Shown here: positions 1-10,287 of the stretch, piece after piece
How positions within the stretch are numbered: position 1 is the first letter of the stretch
Layout: each line of letters starts with the position of its first letter
Assembly: GCA_977017575.1 (NCBI GenBank)
Contig: CDRNVI010000040.1
Location: 186,001 to 250,000, forward strand
Reading direction: 5' to 3'
Length of the DNA stretch: 64,000 nt
From: Paramoeba atlantica
Taxonomy: Eukaryota; Protista; Discosea
Notes under the pieces: model-generated
Databases searched by the model: none
What the model was told of the DNA's origin: nothing
The model's input: only the letters and a program-made list of their open reading frames with translations
Program-made: the position numbers and the translations under genes

Positions 1-82
1 GCTGCAGTCAACATGGTATTGCTTCTGTGGGAAGGCAAATTCGTCGAGTACAAATACATGCCAGGCTTGTGACACTGCGAAA

Positions 83-2860
83 ATGTCTGCGGCATCGCAA
101 TTAGGTGTCCAGCGTTCATCACACAGCAATCTAAATGAAGAATTACGTGACAATACAAAGGCTACTCTGTCACGAAACAGTACATCAGGGCAACAATTAA
201 ATGTTGAAAAATGGGAATGCGAACAGTGTAGTTTTACAAATTCGGGATCGGACGAAAGATGCTTTTCATGCTCTTTTCAACGAGCTGTTGAGCCCGCATC
301 ACCTTCAGGAACCAAGGAAACAACTTTGTCATGGTTCTGCTCCACATGCACCGCGGAAAACGATGAGAATGCTCAGAAATGCAAAGCTTGTGGCGCAATT
401 TCTTCCACCCAAACAGAACGGCGTTTGGACTGGAAATGCAGTGTATGTAGGTTCGTAAATTTTGCATCCCGACACGAATGCAGGGTCTGTCTGAATCCCA
501 AGTTGCCTAAGGCAAATTCACAAGATGCATGGCGCTGCCACTGTGGACAAGCCAATTCTCTGACTTCGACATGTACAGCATGTCACGCCAACAAATCATC
601 CGACTTGCCTATAGCTGCGAAGGAAGTGTCTTGGAAATGTGTTTGTGGGATAACGAATTCCATGTCTGCTCTTTTTTGTCCACAATGTGGAAAGTCAAGT
701 GCTGTTGGTAGCGTTTCTCGTGAAAATGTAGCCCCAAAAATGGATTGGAGGTGTACATGTCGCGCAATAAATTTTGCTCGACGTGCTTCGTGTTTTCGCT
801 GCGGGACAGCTCGGAGCGCCGACAGTCCTCTCGTAGAGTACGGCACACAACCGAACAACAAGATGAATTGGTATTGCCAAAACTGTCATACTTTTAACTT
901 TGCATCGCGAGCGAACTGCATAAAGTGCCGGGCGACATCAAAAGATCAGTGTGCACCTCGAACTGAGGTGAGTGAAATCAGCTGTGACTGCGGATATTCT
1001 TCTCCCACTGCCTTTGAAATATGCCCACAATGTTCCAAGACACGTAAGTCAATGAATACGATGTGCACATCACAGGACACAGATAAGAGAGGTGAGTTGT
1101 CCTACGGTGATGAAGCAGACTGGACTTGCATTTGCGGGTGCGTAAATTTCTCTCGTCAATTGCAATGTCTGAAATGTCAAAACTTGCGTCCTACAGGCAC
1201 AACTCCTACTGCTGCAATAAATCCAGCGAACTCCATGGATGATTGGCATTGTGAGTGCGGCATGCAGAACTTTGCGCAACGTAAAGATTGCTTTGGATGT
1301 ATGAAGCCTCGAACGAGCATAAGTGCTGGCGATCATGTTACAATGAATGTGACAGAACAAGCAAGAACTATGGTCAGGGTGTCAGTAGAACAGAGGCCAG
1401 GGGATTGGCTATGTCCAAGCTGTAGGGGGCTCAATTTTACATCGAGGAAATTTTGTTTTAGGTGTAATACGGCGAAGACAGCGAATGATCAAAGTTCCTT
1501 GAAGGATAAAGGTTCCAGTGCCTTAAACTTTGCAGCGAAACGACTTTGTAAGTGCGGTCGTGTGAATAAAGGGAATCAAGATGAATGTTTTGCGTGCAGA
1601 GCTAAGTTGCCTGAAGTAGAAGATAATTCAATTAATCAGCGGCATAGTCTAAATACGCGTGCTGCGCAAAACACGGGCCGGCCTGGTGATTGGCTTTGTG
1701 TCTGCGGTTACTTGAACTATCGCTCCCGCGCGTCATGCAATAAGTGTGCTTTGCCGCAATCAAGTGCCACAACTCATATATCTTCCGCTTCATCTTCTAT
1801 ATCCGTACATGGAGAGTGGACTTGTAAATGTGGTGCACTTAACTTTAGTCGAAGAAACGACTGCTTCAAATGTAGCGCTCCAATGGCTGAATCAACTTGG
1901 ACCTGTACATGTGGATCTCATCACGATCCCCGCATGAAACAATGTCTTTCGTGTTCAAAAGACCGTCCGAATCCCTCTAGTCACAGTACGAGTTCAAGCT
2001 CATCGGAGTCTGAATGGGAATGCCGTTGTGGTCAGAAAAATCCGTCGTCGTCGGCAGAGTGTTGCCTATGTAAAATAACGCGTGAGAAGAGTATTCAACG
2101 GCAGGACTGGGTTTGTAAATCATGCAGTTTTCCTAATTTTGCATCACGCGCTGCCTGTAAACGGTGCTCGTTGCCAAAAGGGGATGAAAATGTCGAAGTA
2201 ACTAAACTCGGTCCTGGTGCTCGAGATGGCGATTGGAGCTGTCGATTTTGCTCGTACAGGAACTTTGCTTCCCGGACACTATGTATGGCGTGTTCTACTC
2301 TGAGAACAAGTGATATTGAGGATTCGGATTCAAGCGCAACATCTACATGGGACTGTTTATGTGGAAATCAAAACTCTGATACAAGGAATGAATGTTCCAA
2401 ATGCATGATGCCGAACCCGAGGAAGCAAATGTTCTTACCTGGATCCAAAAAAAAGTGGTCGTGTCTTCTTTGTGGATGGAGCAACTTCGCACATCGAGAG
2501 GAATGTATGAAGTGTCAGTCACCACGATCAGATGAAGGGAACATCGACGACGAACCGGTTTCCTCATCTGTGGATGGTACACTGGAAAGCACTAATTCAA
2601 CTACTATTCGAACAGTAGACCAGTGCACCAAACCAGATGCAGTTGATTCCGATTCTTCAGTAGTCCGTTCCCACGAAACCCCGGAGGTTGGAATATCTGA
2701 TTCAGATTCAAATGACAATGAAAGTGTAAGTCTATCAAAAGCTACAAAAAAGCAATCAAAATCATCAGCGAAGAAGCCTAAGAGTCAGAAAAGGGACACA
2801 TCCAAGTCCAAAAAAGTGAAAAAAGGTAAAAAAGAACCCTTGACAACCTACGATTCGTAA
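83..2860 (+). CDS. Multi RanBP2-type zinc finger protein (about 20 fingers), probable ssRNA-binding
   Basis: 925-aa ORF with 20 counted W-x-C-x(1-2)-C-x3-N-x6-C-x2-C units, many with NFxxR; acidic then Lys-rich C-terminal tail. Confidence 0.9.
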   Translation: MSAASQLGVQRSSHSNLNEELRDNTKATLSRNSTSGQQLNVEKWECEQCSFTNSGSDERCFSCSFQRAVEPASPSGTKETTLSWFCSTCTAENDENAQKCKACGAISSTQTERRLDWKCSVCRFVNFASRHECRVCLNPKLPKANSQDAWRCHCGQANSLTSTCTACHANKSSDLPIAAKEVSWKCVCGITNSMSALFCPQCGKSSAVGSVSRENVAPKMDWRCTCRAINFARRASCFRCGTARSADSPLVEYGTQPNNKMNWYCQNCHTFNFASRANCIKCRATSKDQCAPRTEVSEISCDCGYSSPTAFEICPQCSKTRKSMNTMCTSQDTDKRGELSYGDEADWTCICGCVNFSRQLQCLKCQNLRPTGTTPTAAINPANSMDDWHCECGMQNFAQRKDCFGCMKPRTSISAGDHVTMNVTEQARTMVRVSVEQRPGDWLCPSCRGLNFTSRKFCFRCNTAKTANDQSSLKDKGSSALNFAAKRLCKCGRVNKGNQDECFACRAKLPEVEDNSINQRHSLNTRAAQNTGRPGDWLCVCGYLNYRSRASCNKCALPQSSATTHISSASSSISVHGEWTCKCGALNFSRRNDCFKCSAPMAESTWTCTCGSHHDPRMKQCLSCSKDRPNPSSHSTSSSSSESEWECRCGQKNPSSSAECCLCKITREKSIQRQDWVCKSCSFPNFASRAACKRCSLPKGDENVEVTKLGPGARDGDWSCRFCSYRNFASRTLCMACSTLRTSDIEDSDSSATSTWDCLCGNQNSDTRNECSKCMMPNPRKQMFLPGSKKKWSCLLCGWSNFAHREECMKCQSPRSDEGNIDDEPVSSSVDGTLESTNSTTIRTVDQCTKPDAVDSDSSVVRSHETPEVGISDSDSNDNESVSLSKATKKQSKSSAKKPKSQKRDTSKSKKVKKGKKEPLTTYDS

Positions 2861-3103
2861 AATTGAGCTCCGACTTATTCTCCCATGCGCATAATTCAGA
2901 ACCCGAGACAATGTGCATTGTACATGTTTGTTATACTATAAAAAGCGGCCCGTGTTTGCGTATTGCCCGATACAGAAATACGCTAACTCAACAATTTTAT
3001 TGCTTTTGCAAATTTGATAAACATTATCTGCATTCGTAGAATGTCTGTTTTGAAGAATTTTCTTTTTTCTTTTGGAGGAATACTGTAATCCTTTTACCAT
3101 GTA

Positions 3104-3856
3104 ATGAAACGAGTACTGCACCAAGACCGGCGGAGCGATTGGGTAATACTGCGCAATTCATCACTCACAGAAAGACAATTGCAGGAATATGAAGCAGAAT
3201 TGAAGTCGTTTTCAAATGTACACAAATGGGTACTATCTGCTCGACTTAGTGCTGAAAAGCTGGCATCTCATGTTTTCCCCTCTTTAAAGCTGCACCTAGA
3301 GACTTTGTCAGTGTTAGACCTAAGTCACAATATCATTAAAACCTCTAGGAAGCATACAATATCAAGTCCTACAACTCTACAGATCACACAAGGAATTTTG
3401 AGCCACGGATCAGAAAAAGAAAGTGTAAGGTGCCCAGTTCTTGAACTTATTTATTGTTTGCAGCTCCATCGCAACACAGTGCTCAAAATTTTAAAGTTAG
3501 CGGATAACCCTTTAGGTGATTTCGGGGCGGTGATGATTACGAGAAGCATTTGCCGCTTAGAACCATTCATAGAGCCGAGCAGAACGCATGTCAAAAATGT
3601 TGATCTACATGTTTTGGATTTTGCGCAGTGCGGCATCTCGGATTCCGGTGCCGTGGAAATTAGTCTTGCTCTCAAGATGGCAGCCTTTGGTGAACCCTTT
3701 TTCTTAAAACTCAACAAGAACAGAATAGGACCTAAAGGCACTTTTGAACTTGGAAGCGGCTTATCTGGCATGATCTCATTATCAGTAACAAAGAATAGAC
3801 CTTCAAAGAGTAAGGAAAATTCGAAACAAAAAAGGAAATCAAGACAGGTCAAATGA
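3104..3856 (+). CDS. Leucine-rich repeat protein (RNI-like)
   Basis: LSVLDLSHN, LKLADNPLGDFGA, LDFAQCGISDSGA and LKLNKNRIGPKG repeats. Confidence 0.75.
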   Translation: MKRVLHQDRRSDWVILRNSSLTERQLQEYEAELKSFSNVHKWVLSARLSAEKLASHVFPSLKLHLETLSVLDLSHNIIKTSRKHTISSPTTLQITQGILSHGSEKESVRCPVLELIYCLQLHRNTVLKILKLADNPLGDFGAVMITRSICRLEPFIEPSRTHVKNVDLHVLDFAQCGISDSGAVEISLALKMAAFGEPFFLKLNKNRIGPKGTFELGSGLSGMISLSVTKNRPSKSKENSKQKRKSRQVK

Positions 3857-4098
3857 ATTCGACATTTGATATACCCTGAACAACCGACCCGTCAACTTAC
3901 GAATATTGTTCTAATTTTATCGAATTTATTTAATATTTTAGCCCGTCGTCTACAGACTCCCAAATGCTTTGCAAAGATTGGAGCATTCTGCTTTTTATTG
4001 TCCAAGACCACAGAATCTGTCAGATTGTATTTTTACGTATAAAAAGTAGAAAAAATAATAATAAAAAAGCGTAACCTTTTTTACCCCCCTCCAAAACC

Positions 4099-5184
4099 AT
4101 GAGAACTGCGCTACGCGAAAAAATCTCCCAACGTCTTCGCTCCGTCTCCGTCCTCCACACCCTTCCCGAGCCCCCCCTCCCCCTCCCCTCCTGTGTGATT
4201 GCCACCCACAACGGCACCTTCCACTGCGACGAGGCCCTGGCCTGCGGGCTGCTGCTCCACGCCCCCCCGTTCGTGGACGCCGTTGTGCTGCGGACCCGTA
4301 CCCCGGGGTTCTTGGAAAAGGCCCAGGCGGTCGTGGATGTCGGCTGCGTGTACGACCCCGGGCGGCTGCGGCTGGACCACCACCAGCCGGAGTTCCAGGA
4401 CACCTTCCGCACCGCGCACCGTGGCTACGCCACACGACTCAGCAGTGCGGGACTCGTCTATCGGCACTTCGGGAAATCCCTGCTGAAGAGCTACTGTGAG
4501 GAATACGGCGTGCGACTGGAGAATACGGAAAAAGACTTGGAGCTGTTGTACGACCGGGTCTATCGACATTTTATTGAGCACATTGATGGGAATGACAACG
4601 GGGTGGATCCGTTTCAAGGGAAACCGACGGCGAATTACTTTGTCCCCAGCTCGCTTCCCGCACGGGTGGCGCGGCTTAACCCGCGGTGGAACGAGGAGAG
4701 CGGTGAGGAGGTGGTCGCGCGTCGGTTCACGCAGGCCATGGAGCTGACGTGTCACGAGTTCTTCGAGGCTGTGGAACAGGTCTGTGCCTCGTGGTTCCCG
4801 GCACGCGCCTTGGTGAGGGAGGCCGTGATGGGCGCCGCGGAGGTTCACCCCTCCGGGCGTGTGCTTAAGCTGAGCGCCGGGGGATTGCCCTGGAAAGATC
4901 ACCTCTTTGATTTAGAGGAGGAGCTTGCCTTGAAGGGTCGGTTTCTGTATGTGCTGTTTCAGGACACGATGGGGGAGTGGAGAGTGATGGCGGTACCGGA
5001 GACTCAGGGAGGATTTTCCAGTCGCAAAGCCTTGCCTTGGAAAGGTCTACGCGATGAGGAGCTCTCGCGCGCGTGTCATGTAGAGGGTTGTGTTTTTGTT
5101 CACGCTTCGGGATTCATTGGAGGAAATAAAACCGAGGAAGGGATCATGAAAATGACCAACGCCGCACTTGAGTCGACGAGTTGA
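4099..5184 (+). CDS. MYG1: MYG1 family exonuclease (UPF0160)
   Basis: IATHNGTFHCDEALA, RTR, DVGCVYDP..LDHHQ, LSSAGLVYRHFG, FVHASGFIGG motifs. Confidence 0.92.
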   Translation: MRTALREKISQRLRSVSVLHTLPEPPLPLPSCVIATHNGTFHCDEALACGLLLHAPPFVDAVVLRTRTPGFLEKAQAVVDVGCVYDPGRLRLDHHQPEFQDTFRTAHRGYATRLSSAGLVYRHFGKSLLKSYCEEYGVRLENTEKDLELLYDRVYRHFIEHIDGNDNGVDPFQGKPTANYFVPSSLPARVARLNPRWNEESGEEVVARRFTQAMELTCHEFFEAVEQVCASWFPARALVREAVMGAAEVHPSGRVLKLSAGGLPWKDHLFDLEEELALKGRFLYVLFQDTMGEWRVMAVPETQGGFSSRKALPWKGLRDEELSRACHVEGCVFVHASGFIGGNKTEEGIMKMTNAALESTS

Positions 5185-5461
5185 AGTTTTAATAAACTGA
5201 GTGGATTAGATGGATTCCGTAAATTGTATCTGTGATCGGTAAAGGTTGATTTCGTAGTGGGAGGCGCAGAAATTGCAGTATTTCACACGTTCGGGAAGTA
5301 GGCGCGTAGTTTCAAGTAGTACAGTCACGGATTATGGAAAAACTTAATAGCCTTATGAAAAGGTACGAATCAGTGTAAAGGCAGGATATATAGTGGGAGG
5401 TTCTGTCTGTGATTCTTGACATCGTTTTTATACTCTTTGATCCTTGCATATTTTAATTCTC

Positions 5462-6550
5462 ATGACCGATCTCAGTGATTTTCTGCAGAACTTATTCTCC
5501 GACGAGTACCTCTTTGATTCCGCACATGCTGCTTGGAGAGCTATGACGCAAAGAAATGAGGGTTGGATTTTGATATCACATTTTCTTACCTTTCCAGATG
5601 TGATGCAATTGTGTGAAAGTGTAGATGAAGTATTGGAGGCAGCCCGCCAGCTTGGCGAAACATTGGAGGTAAATCAGGAAGGAACCGCTATTCGAAGAAA
5701 AGATCCACTCCTTGAAAAAGACAATCCAGTACATCGGACACTCTTTGTGAAACCTATCCATCCTGATACGACAGACAAAGAAATAAAAAATTTCTTCTCC
5801 GTTTATGGTGTTGTTGAAAAAGTGGAAAAGAAGATTTTCACAGAATATGACAGAAACACAGGTCAATCGAGTCAGCGAATACGTCCTACAATGCTGATTC
5901 AATTTTCTACAGTAGAAGAGGCGAAAAAATGTGTCAATGCTAAACCTTCGTTCGGGAAACTGAACAATATTGGAGATCATTTCGTCCCCAGACTTCACGT
6001 TGACTTCTTTTCCGACTATGATGAGAAGAAATCTGAATTAGCTGAAGCTCGTTTTCTAAAACATAAACGAGAGGTTCTTATACACGGTGGCGAGGCTACG
6101 AATGCGAAGTCCTCAACTCCAAGGCCTTTCAAGTTTGTACAGACGGGTTCAATACTAAAAGTTTTGAAGGGACCACCGGGGGTTAGTTGGCGAGAGATTA
6201 AAAGTGTGTTATCAGAGATCGGAGGTGATCAATGCCGAGTCTCGTACGTGCGCGAAGATGGAGAGTCCGGTATCACTTATTTATACATGAAAACTTCCAA
6301 AGCAGCCGAAACCCTCGTAGATTTACACCGAAGTATTACAGGGACGGAAAGAGAACGAGTCTGTAGGATTGTTCCCGTTCTAGATATTTGTACTGGAGAA
6401 GAGGAGCAAGTCGCTTCCGAAGCTTATCTTGCGGAAGAAAATGCAAAAGCACGCAAAAAACATCACAGGAACGAAAAACGAGTTCACGGCAAAACAAATA
6501 GAGTAGCAGATAGTGGTCCTGCCACAGTTCTAAATTTACCAAAGGTATAA
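5462..6550 (+). CDS. La autoantigen-like RNA-binding protein (La motif + RRM)
   Basis: FSDEYL..EGWILI..F..V..LEV...GTAIRRKDP La motif followed by RTLFVKPI RRM; start placed at first ATG. Confidence 0.82.
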   Translation: MTDLSDFLQNLFSDEYLFDSAHAAWRAMTQRNEGWILISHFLTFPDVMQLCESVDEVLEAARQLGETLEVNQEGTAIRRKDPLLEKDNPVHRTLFVKPIHPDTTDKEIKNFFSVYGVVEKVEKKIFTEYDRNTGQSSQRIRPTMLIQFSTVEEAKKCVNAKPSFGKLNNIGDHFVPRLHVDFFSDYDEKKSELAEARFLKHKREVLIHGGEATNAKSSTPRPFKFVQTGSILKVLKGPPGVSWREIKSVLSEIGGDQCRVSYVREDGESGITYLYMKTSKAAETLVDLHRSITGTERERVCRIVPVLDICTGEEEQVASEAYLAEENAKARKKHHRNEKRVHGKTNRVADSGPATVLNLPKV

Positions 6551-6980
6551 AAATTACACTGCTGTATCACAAGTCAGTGATCTGAGTGCGATGTTGTCAT
6601 TGCGAAACATATCAATGCAAAACAATCATGGTCAATCGTAACAAATTCGAGTGTTTCTATAAAGCGTTTCAAAAAAGTTCTCCACAGTTCACTAATTTAG
6701 TATGATGAATTATGGCGAATGGAAAAAATGTTTTAACACAATGCAAGTTGTGTAGGTCTAAGCTAATATGCTATCTTGATATTTCTAATGCTTTGTATTT
6801 ACCCTTCATTGGTTCCCGAGTAGTTTTTGTTAGTTATAGAATACAAATGTCTCGTTTTTTCGCGGTAATACCATACTTTCTTGATGGTCATAGAACAGTT
6901 TTTGTATGCAATATCACCTTTACAAGGGCGAACAGCATTGTCAATTTCCTATTGTTTAACTCATTATTAAGACTATACAG

Positions 6981-8129
6981 ATGGACACGTCTTCGGAAAA
7001 TAGCAGCCCCTTCGGGATCAATATTTCTGGAATAGAAGAGAAAGATTTGCGAAGATTACAAGAGCTAGAAGATGAATTGGATCAGGTTTGGAGCAAATCT
7101 TCTGGATACGCGATTGACGATGAGGCGTGGAAGACTATGCCACTCTTTATGGAAAATATAACTGACAAGGACGTGGAGGAAAATGCCGCTGTCTGTGGAT
7201 TAACAAATCTCATGTATGAAGACACAAATCCTGAAGATGTTGCTGAAAGGCTTAAGAATTCAGGAAATCAGAATTTAAGCGTCGGCATTAAAACAGGAAA
7301 TTTAGAACTCTTTCGCTCAGCCGTGTCTTTCTACACCGAAGCGCTATCTGTCGAAGGTGCAAGCAGATCACTTAGGTGTGCACTGTACTCCAATAGGAGT
7401 CAAGCTCATCTTTATCTCCAAAATAACTATTCCGCTTTGCTGGACGCCGAGAGAGCTATTTATATGAATCCCGAGCATATCAAGTCATACCATCGCGCTG
7501 TTCAGGCATGTGTTAGGCTTCGGCGCTACGAAAAGGCTTTGAAGTTCGCCGAAAATGTCTTTGAAAGGGAGAAGAATTGGGCAGAGTTTTCGAAAATTGA
7601 AGCTAAGATACAAGATCTTTTGAACTCTCAGAAGGGAAAGAAGGTTGCTATCAGTCGTACCTACACAGAACGACTAGAATTAGAAAATAGCCTAATCCGA
7701 TACCTACAGGAAGAGCTCAAAATTAGAACCGCGGATACCGATATGGAGAACTTGCCCTGGCATTCGGAGGGTTTGACCGTCCTTTCCGAACTTACGAAAG
7801 GCTGTAGACAATTTCCTATCTTGTTTCTTTATGACGAATACGGTCAATGTGATTTTGTTCGTTCTGCCAATTGGGATACTACGCTACGTGACCACCTGGA
7901 AATGATACTCAGTGATCCTCCACCATGGGATACCGACAAAAGGTACGCCAAAGTTGATTCACTAGCTGTCTTTAATCGCAACCCTGGATCTACGAATTAT
8001 ACAGAGATAAACACATTCTGTGATATTCGGAGTGTTTTACAGCAACGTTCATACGTCATGCCTAGATGGGTAGCAATATTCCACGTTGTTCCGAGAGGCT
8101 CTGAATATTTCATGAGATGGAAAAATTGA
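6981..8129 (+). CDS. TPR co-chaperone, TTC4/Cns1-like
   Basis: PLFM..LMYE..PEDVAERLKNSGN, three TPRs (LYSNRSQAHL, KSYHRA), C-terminal PILFLYDEYGQCDFV domain. Confidence 0.85.
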   Translation: MDTSSENSSPFGINISGIEEKDLRRLQELEDELDQVWSKSSGYAIDDEAWKTMPLFMENITDKDVEENAAVCGLTNLMYEDTNPEDVAERLKNSGNQNLSVGIKTGNLELFRSAVSFYTEALSVEGASRSLRCALYSNRSQAHLYLQNNYSALLDAERAIYMNPEHIKSYHRAVQACVRLRRYEKALKFAENVFEREKNWAEFSKIEAKIQDLLNSQKGKKVAISRTYTERLELENSLIRYLQEELKIRTADTDMENLPWHSEGLTVLSELTKGCRQFPILFLYDEYGQCDFVRSANWDTTLRDHLEMILSDPPPWDTDKRYAKVDSLAVFNRNPGSTNYTEINTFCDIRSVLQQRSYVMPRWVAIFHVVPRGSEYFMRWKN

Positions 8130-8402
8130 TTACCGTCACTCCACTTCATCTTCTTCTATTTTCTTTTATACTACATTATATGCCCTTTAAAGGATAACAC
8201 CCCCCCTTAGCTTTTGTGCCGTGAGAGCGCTTGTAAGCTCTTAGTAAGATAGTTCGTTCATATTGGTCTCACTCAGAGGGGTGACTCCTTCCCAGGCGCT
8301 CCCAATAAGCTTCTACGGAGCTCCGACTTGGCGGAATGATTTTCGCAGAGGCCGAAATCCTCAATGCCCCTTCGAACATGCTGGGCTAACATGACATTGT
8401 TT

Positions 8403-8921
8403 TCAGCAAAAAGTTAGAGAGGAAAAAGAGGCTTTAGATAGGTAAGTGTATGGTCGAGCTATGAATACGATCAGTGAAATGCAACTAACGTGTAGGGAGT
8501 CAAATTCCTTTCGAAGTTCATTCAAGTCCGAGCGAAGAGACAAAATATCCTTTTCGAAGCGTTCAACTTGAGACACTCTCTGTGCACCAGTCTCACGCAT
8601 TTGTCTGTGACGATCTCGTGTTTTCTTGGAATCATCAACCGTGATTCCGCGAAAGCTTCTCCAGACTGACCGAAACCACTCCGCCACAATTTCTCGACCC
8701 TTCTGTGAAGGCTCATAATGCTTTACATTGTGACTTTCGAGAAATTCGCACAAGTTAATGGACAATAACTCCGAAGGCAACTCCGTTGTCTTGAGAGTCC
8801 ATCGTGCGTTGGGTGTATTCCATCTCCAATATTCTGGGAATTCACTTTCCTTCACATCTGATGTTGGATCCATGTATGGATCATCCGATTCATCAGGCGG
8901 AGGTAAGTCCATGGAAGGCAA
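8403..8921 (-). CDS. Hypothetical coiled-coil protein, possibly TE-derived
   Basis: ATG-started 172-aa ORF with protein-like composition and a heptad stretch; antisense to the gene cluster; no recognisable family. Confidence 0.3.
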   Translation of the reverse strand: MPSMDLPPPDESDDPYMDPTSDVKESEFPEYWRWNTPNARWTLKTTELPSELLSINLCEFLESHNVKHYEPSQKGREIVAEWFRSVWRSFRGITVDDSKKTRDRHRQMRETGAQRVSQVERFEKDILSLRSDLNELRKEFDSLHVSCISLIVFIARPYTYLSKASFSSLTFC

Positions 8922-8984
8922 TACGGAAAAAAGAATTTATAGTGCGTAAAATGTCGAGTATTTTTGATTGTTAGACGCTTTATT

Positions 8985-9872
8985 GCGGTGGTTGTAGAAC
9001 TACCGCTCTACACTCGATTATTGAAAAAAAAGTGAACAAAAACAGTGAAAATATAAAGGGGAACACAGTAATATAATAGAAGAAAAAAATATAAAAGGGG
9101 GCTCCGGTGGTCCAAAACTTAAAAAAAAAAATTGAAAAAAATGGGGGGTCCAGGGCGCGGGTCCAGGGGGGGTCATGGTCGAGCAAATTTTTTCGAAAAA
9201 ATTAGTTTTCGAAAAAAAACCGCAGAAAGGGTAGCCGGGGTCTTGGCGCGCATTTTCCACCCCCCTACCCGGGGGTGACCCCCCCGGGTAGTATCCGCAG
9301 GACGGGTCCGCCAGGTTCGGATTTTTTCGGAAAAATTTTTTTGAAAAAAATTTCAACTTGGCGAAAAAAATGGCAAAAAAAATATTTTTCCAAAATCGTT
9401 TCCCCTATTGTGTTTTGATAGTTTGGGACCTACACTAGCTTTCTCCGCAGTTGCTTTTGCAAGGTATCCCTTCTTCTAACCGTGGTGCGCCCCTCAAAAT
9501 GACCCATTTTTGACTAAAAAAGGTGAAAAAGTATTTTTCGGACCTAAAGGGGCATTTTTGTGTCGAAAGAATGGTATGGTTGGAGTCGCATTCTCTACCC
9601 AATACGTTCGGTAGGCTTTCATTCATGCCTACGAGTGATTTCCCATGCGCAAATATCGGATTTAGTACTCTGACAGCAAAAATACGCGAAAATCACCCCA
9701 TATTTACCCGAAATTCGGCTATTTTTGGCTATAATCTTTCCGTTTTCCAGGCTAAATTTTCTTTTTTAGGCTCTTCGTTAAGCGCGGCGGTAGTTTTCAA
9801 CGCGAAGCGCGCAGCATGAGTGACTTCTAAGTTGAAAACAACCACCGCGTTTAACGAAGAGCCTAAAAAAGA
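8985..9872 (-). mobile_element. Hairpin-capped repeat (family H), apparently complete copy
   Basis: 113-bp imperfect palindrome at 9760-9872, short related hairpin GCGGTGGTTGTAGAACTACCGC at 8985; segments homologous to 34600-34780, 47040-47170 and 48180-48330. Confidence 0.65.
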
Positions 9873-10287
9873 TTGACTTGTATTACATGCCGAAACCCTC
9901 GTTTCGGCAGAATAACAATTCCAGTAACATGATTTATGTATCGTCCGATGGAAGCAAAAAATATTGAGAAACTAAGGAAAAAAACATCGACGAAAGATAT
10001 CCTAGGCGCTCCCGGGCGCTCCCAGACGCTCCCACCCAGAGTCACCCCTCTCAATATCGTATTTCCTGTACTAGGCCCACTCTTTTTGAGATAATGCAAG
10101 AAGCTTTCTTTTTCTTGGGGACGAACTTTCATGTATCAAACTTCAAAAAAAAGATGTACAGTACTTATTTTCTGTGGGACATGACCGAAAACAAACGTGC
10201 GAAACCCAATAGGCATTCCAGCGAGCTTACCCGGTAGATCTGCTAGCGGCTTCTTTGCCCCAAATCAACCTCTGACCCCCAACCTCC

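Noticed and set aside
3995-4902. Alternative and antisense ORFs over MYG1, and likewise over 10197-11181
   Set aside because: Explained by stop-codon scarcity in the GC islands; the main frame has clear family motifs
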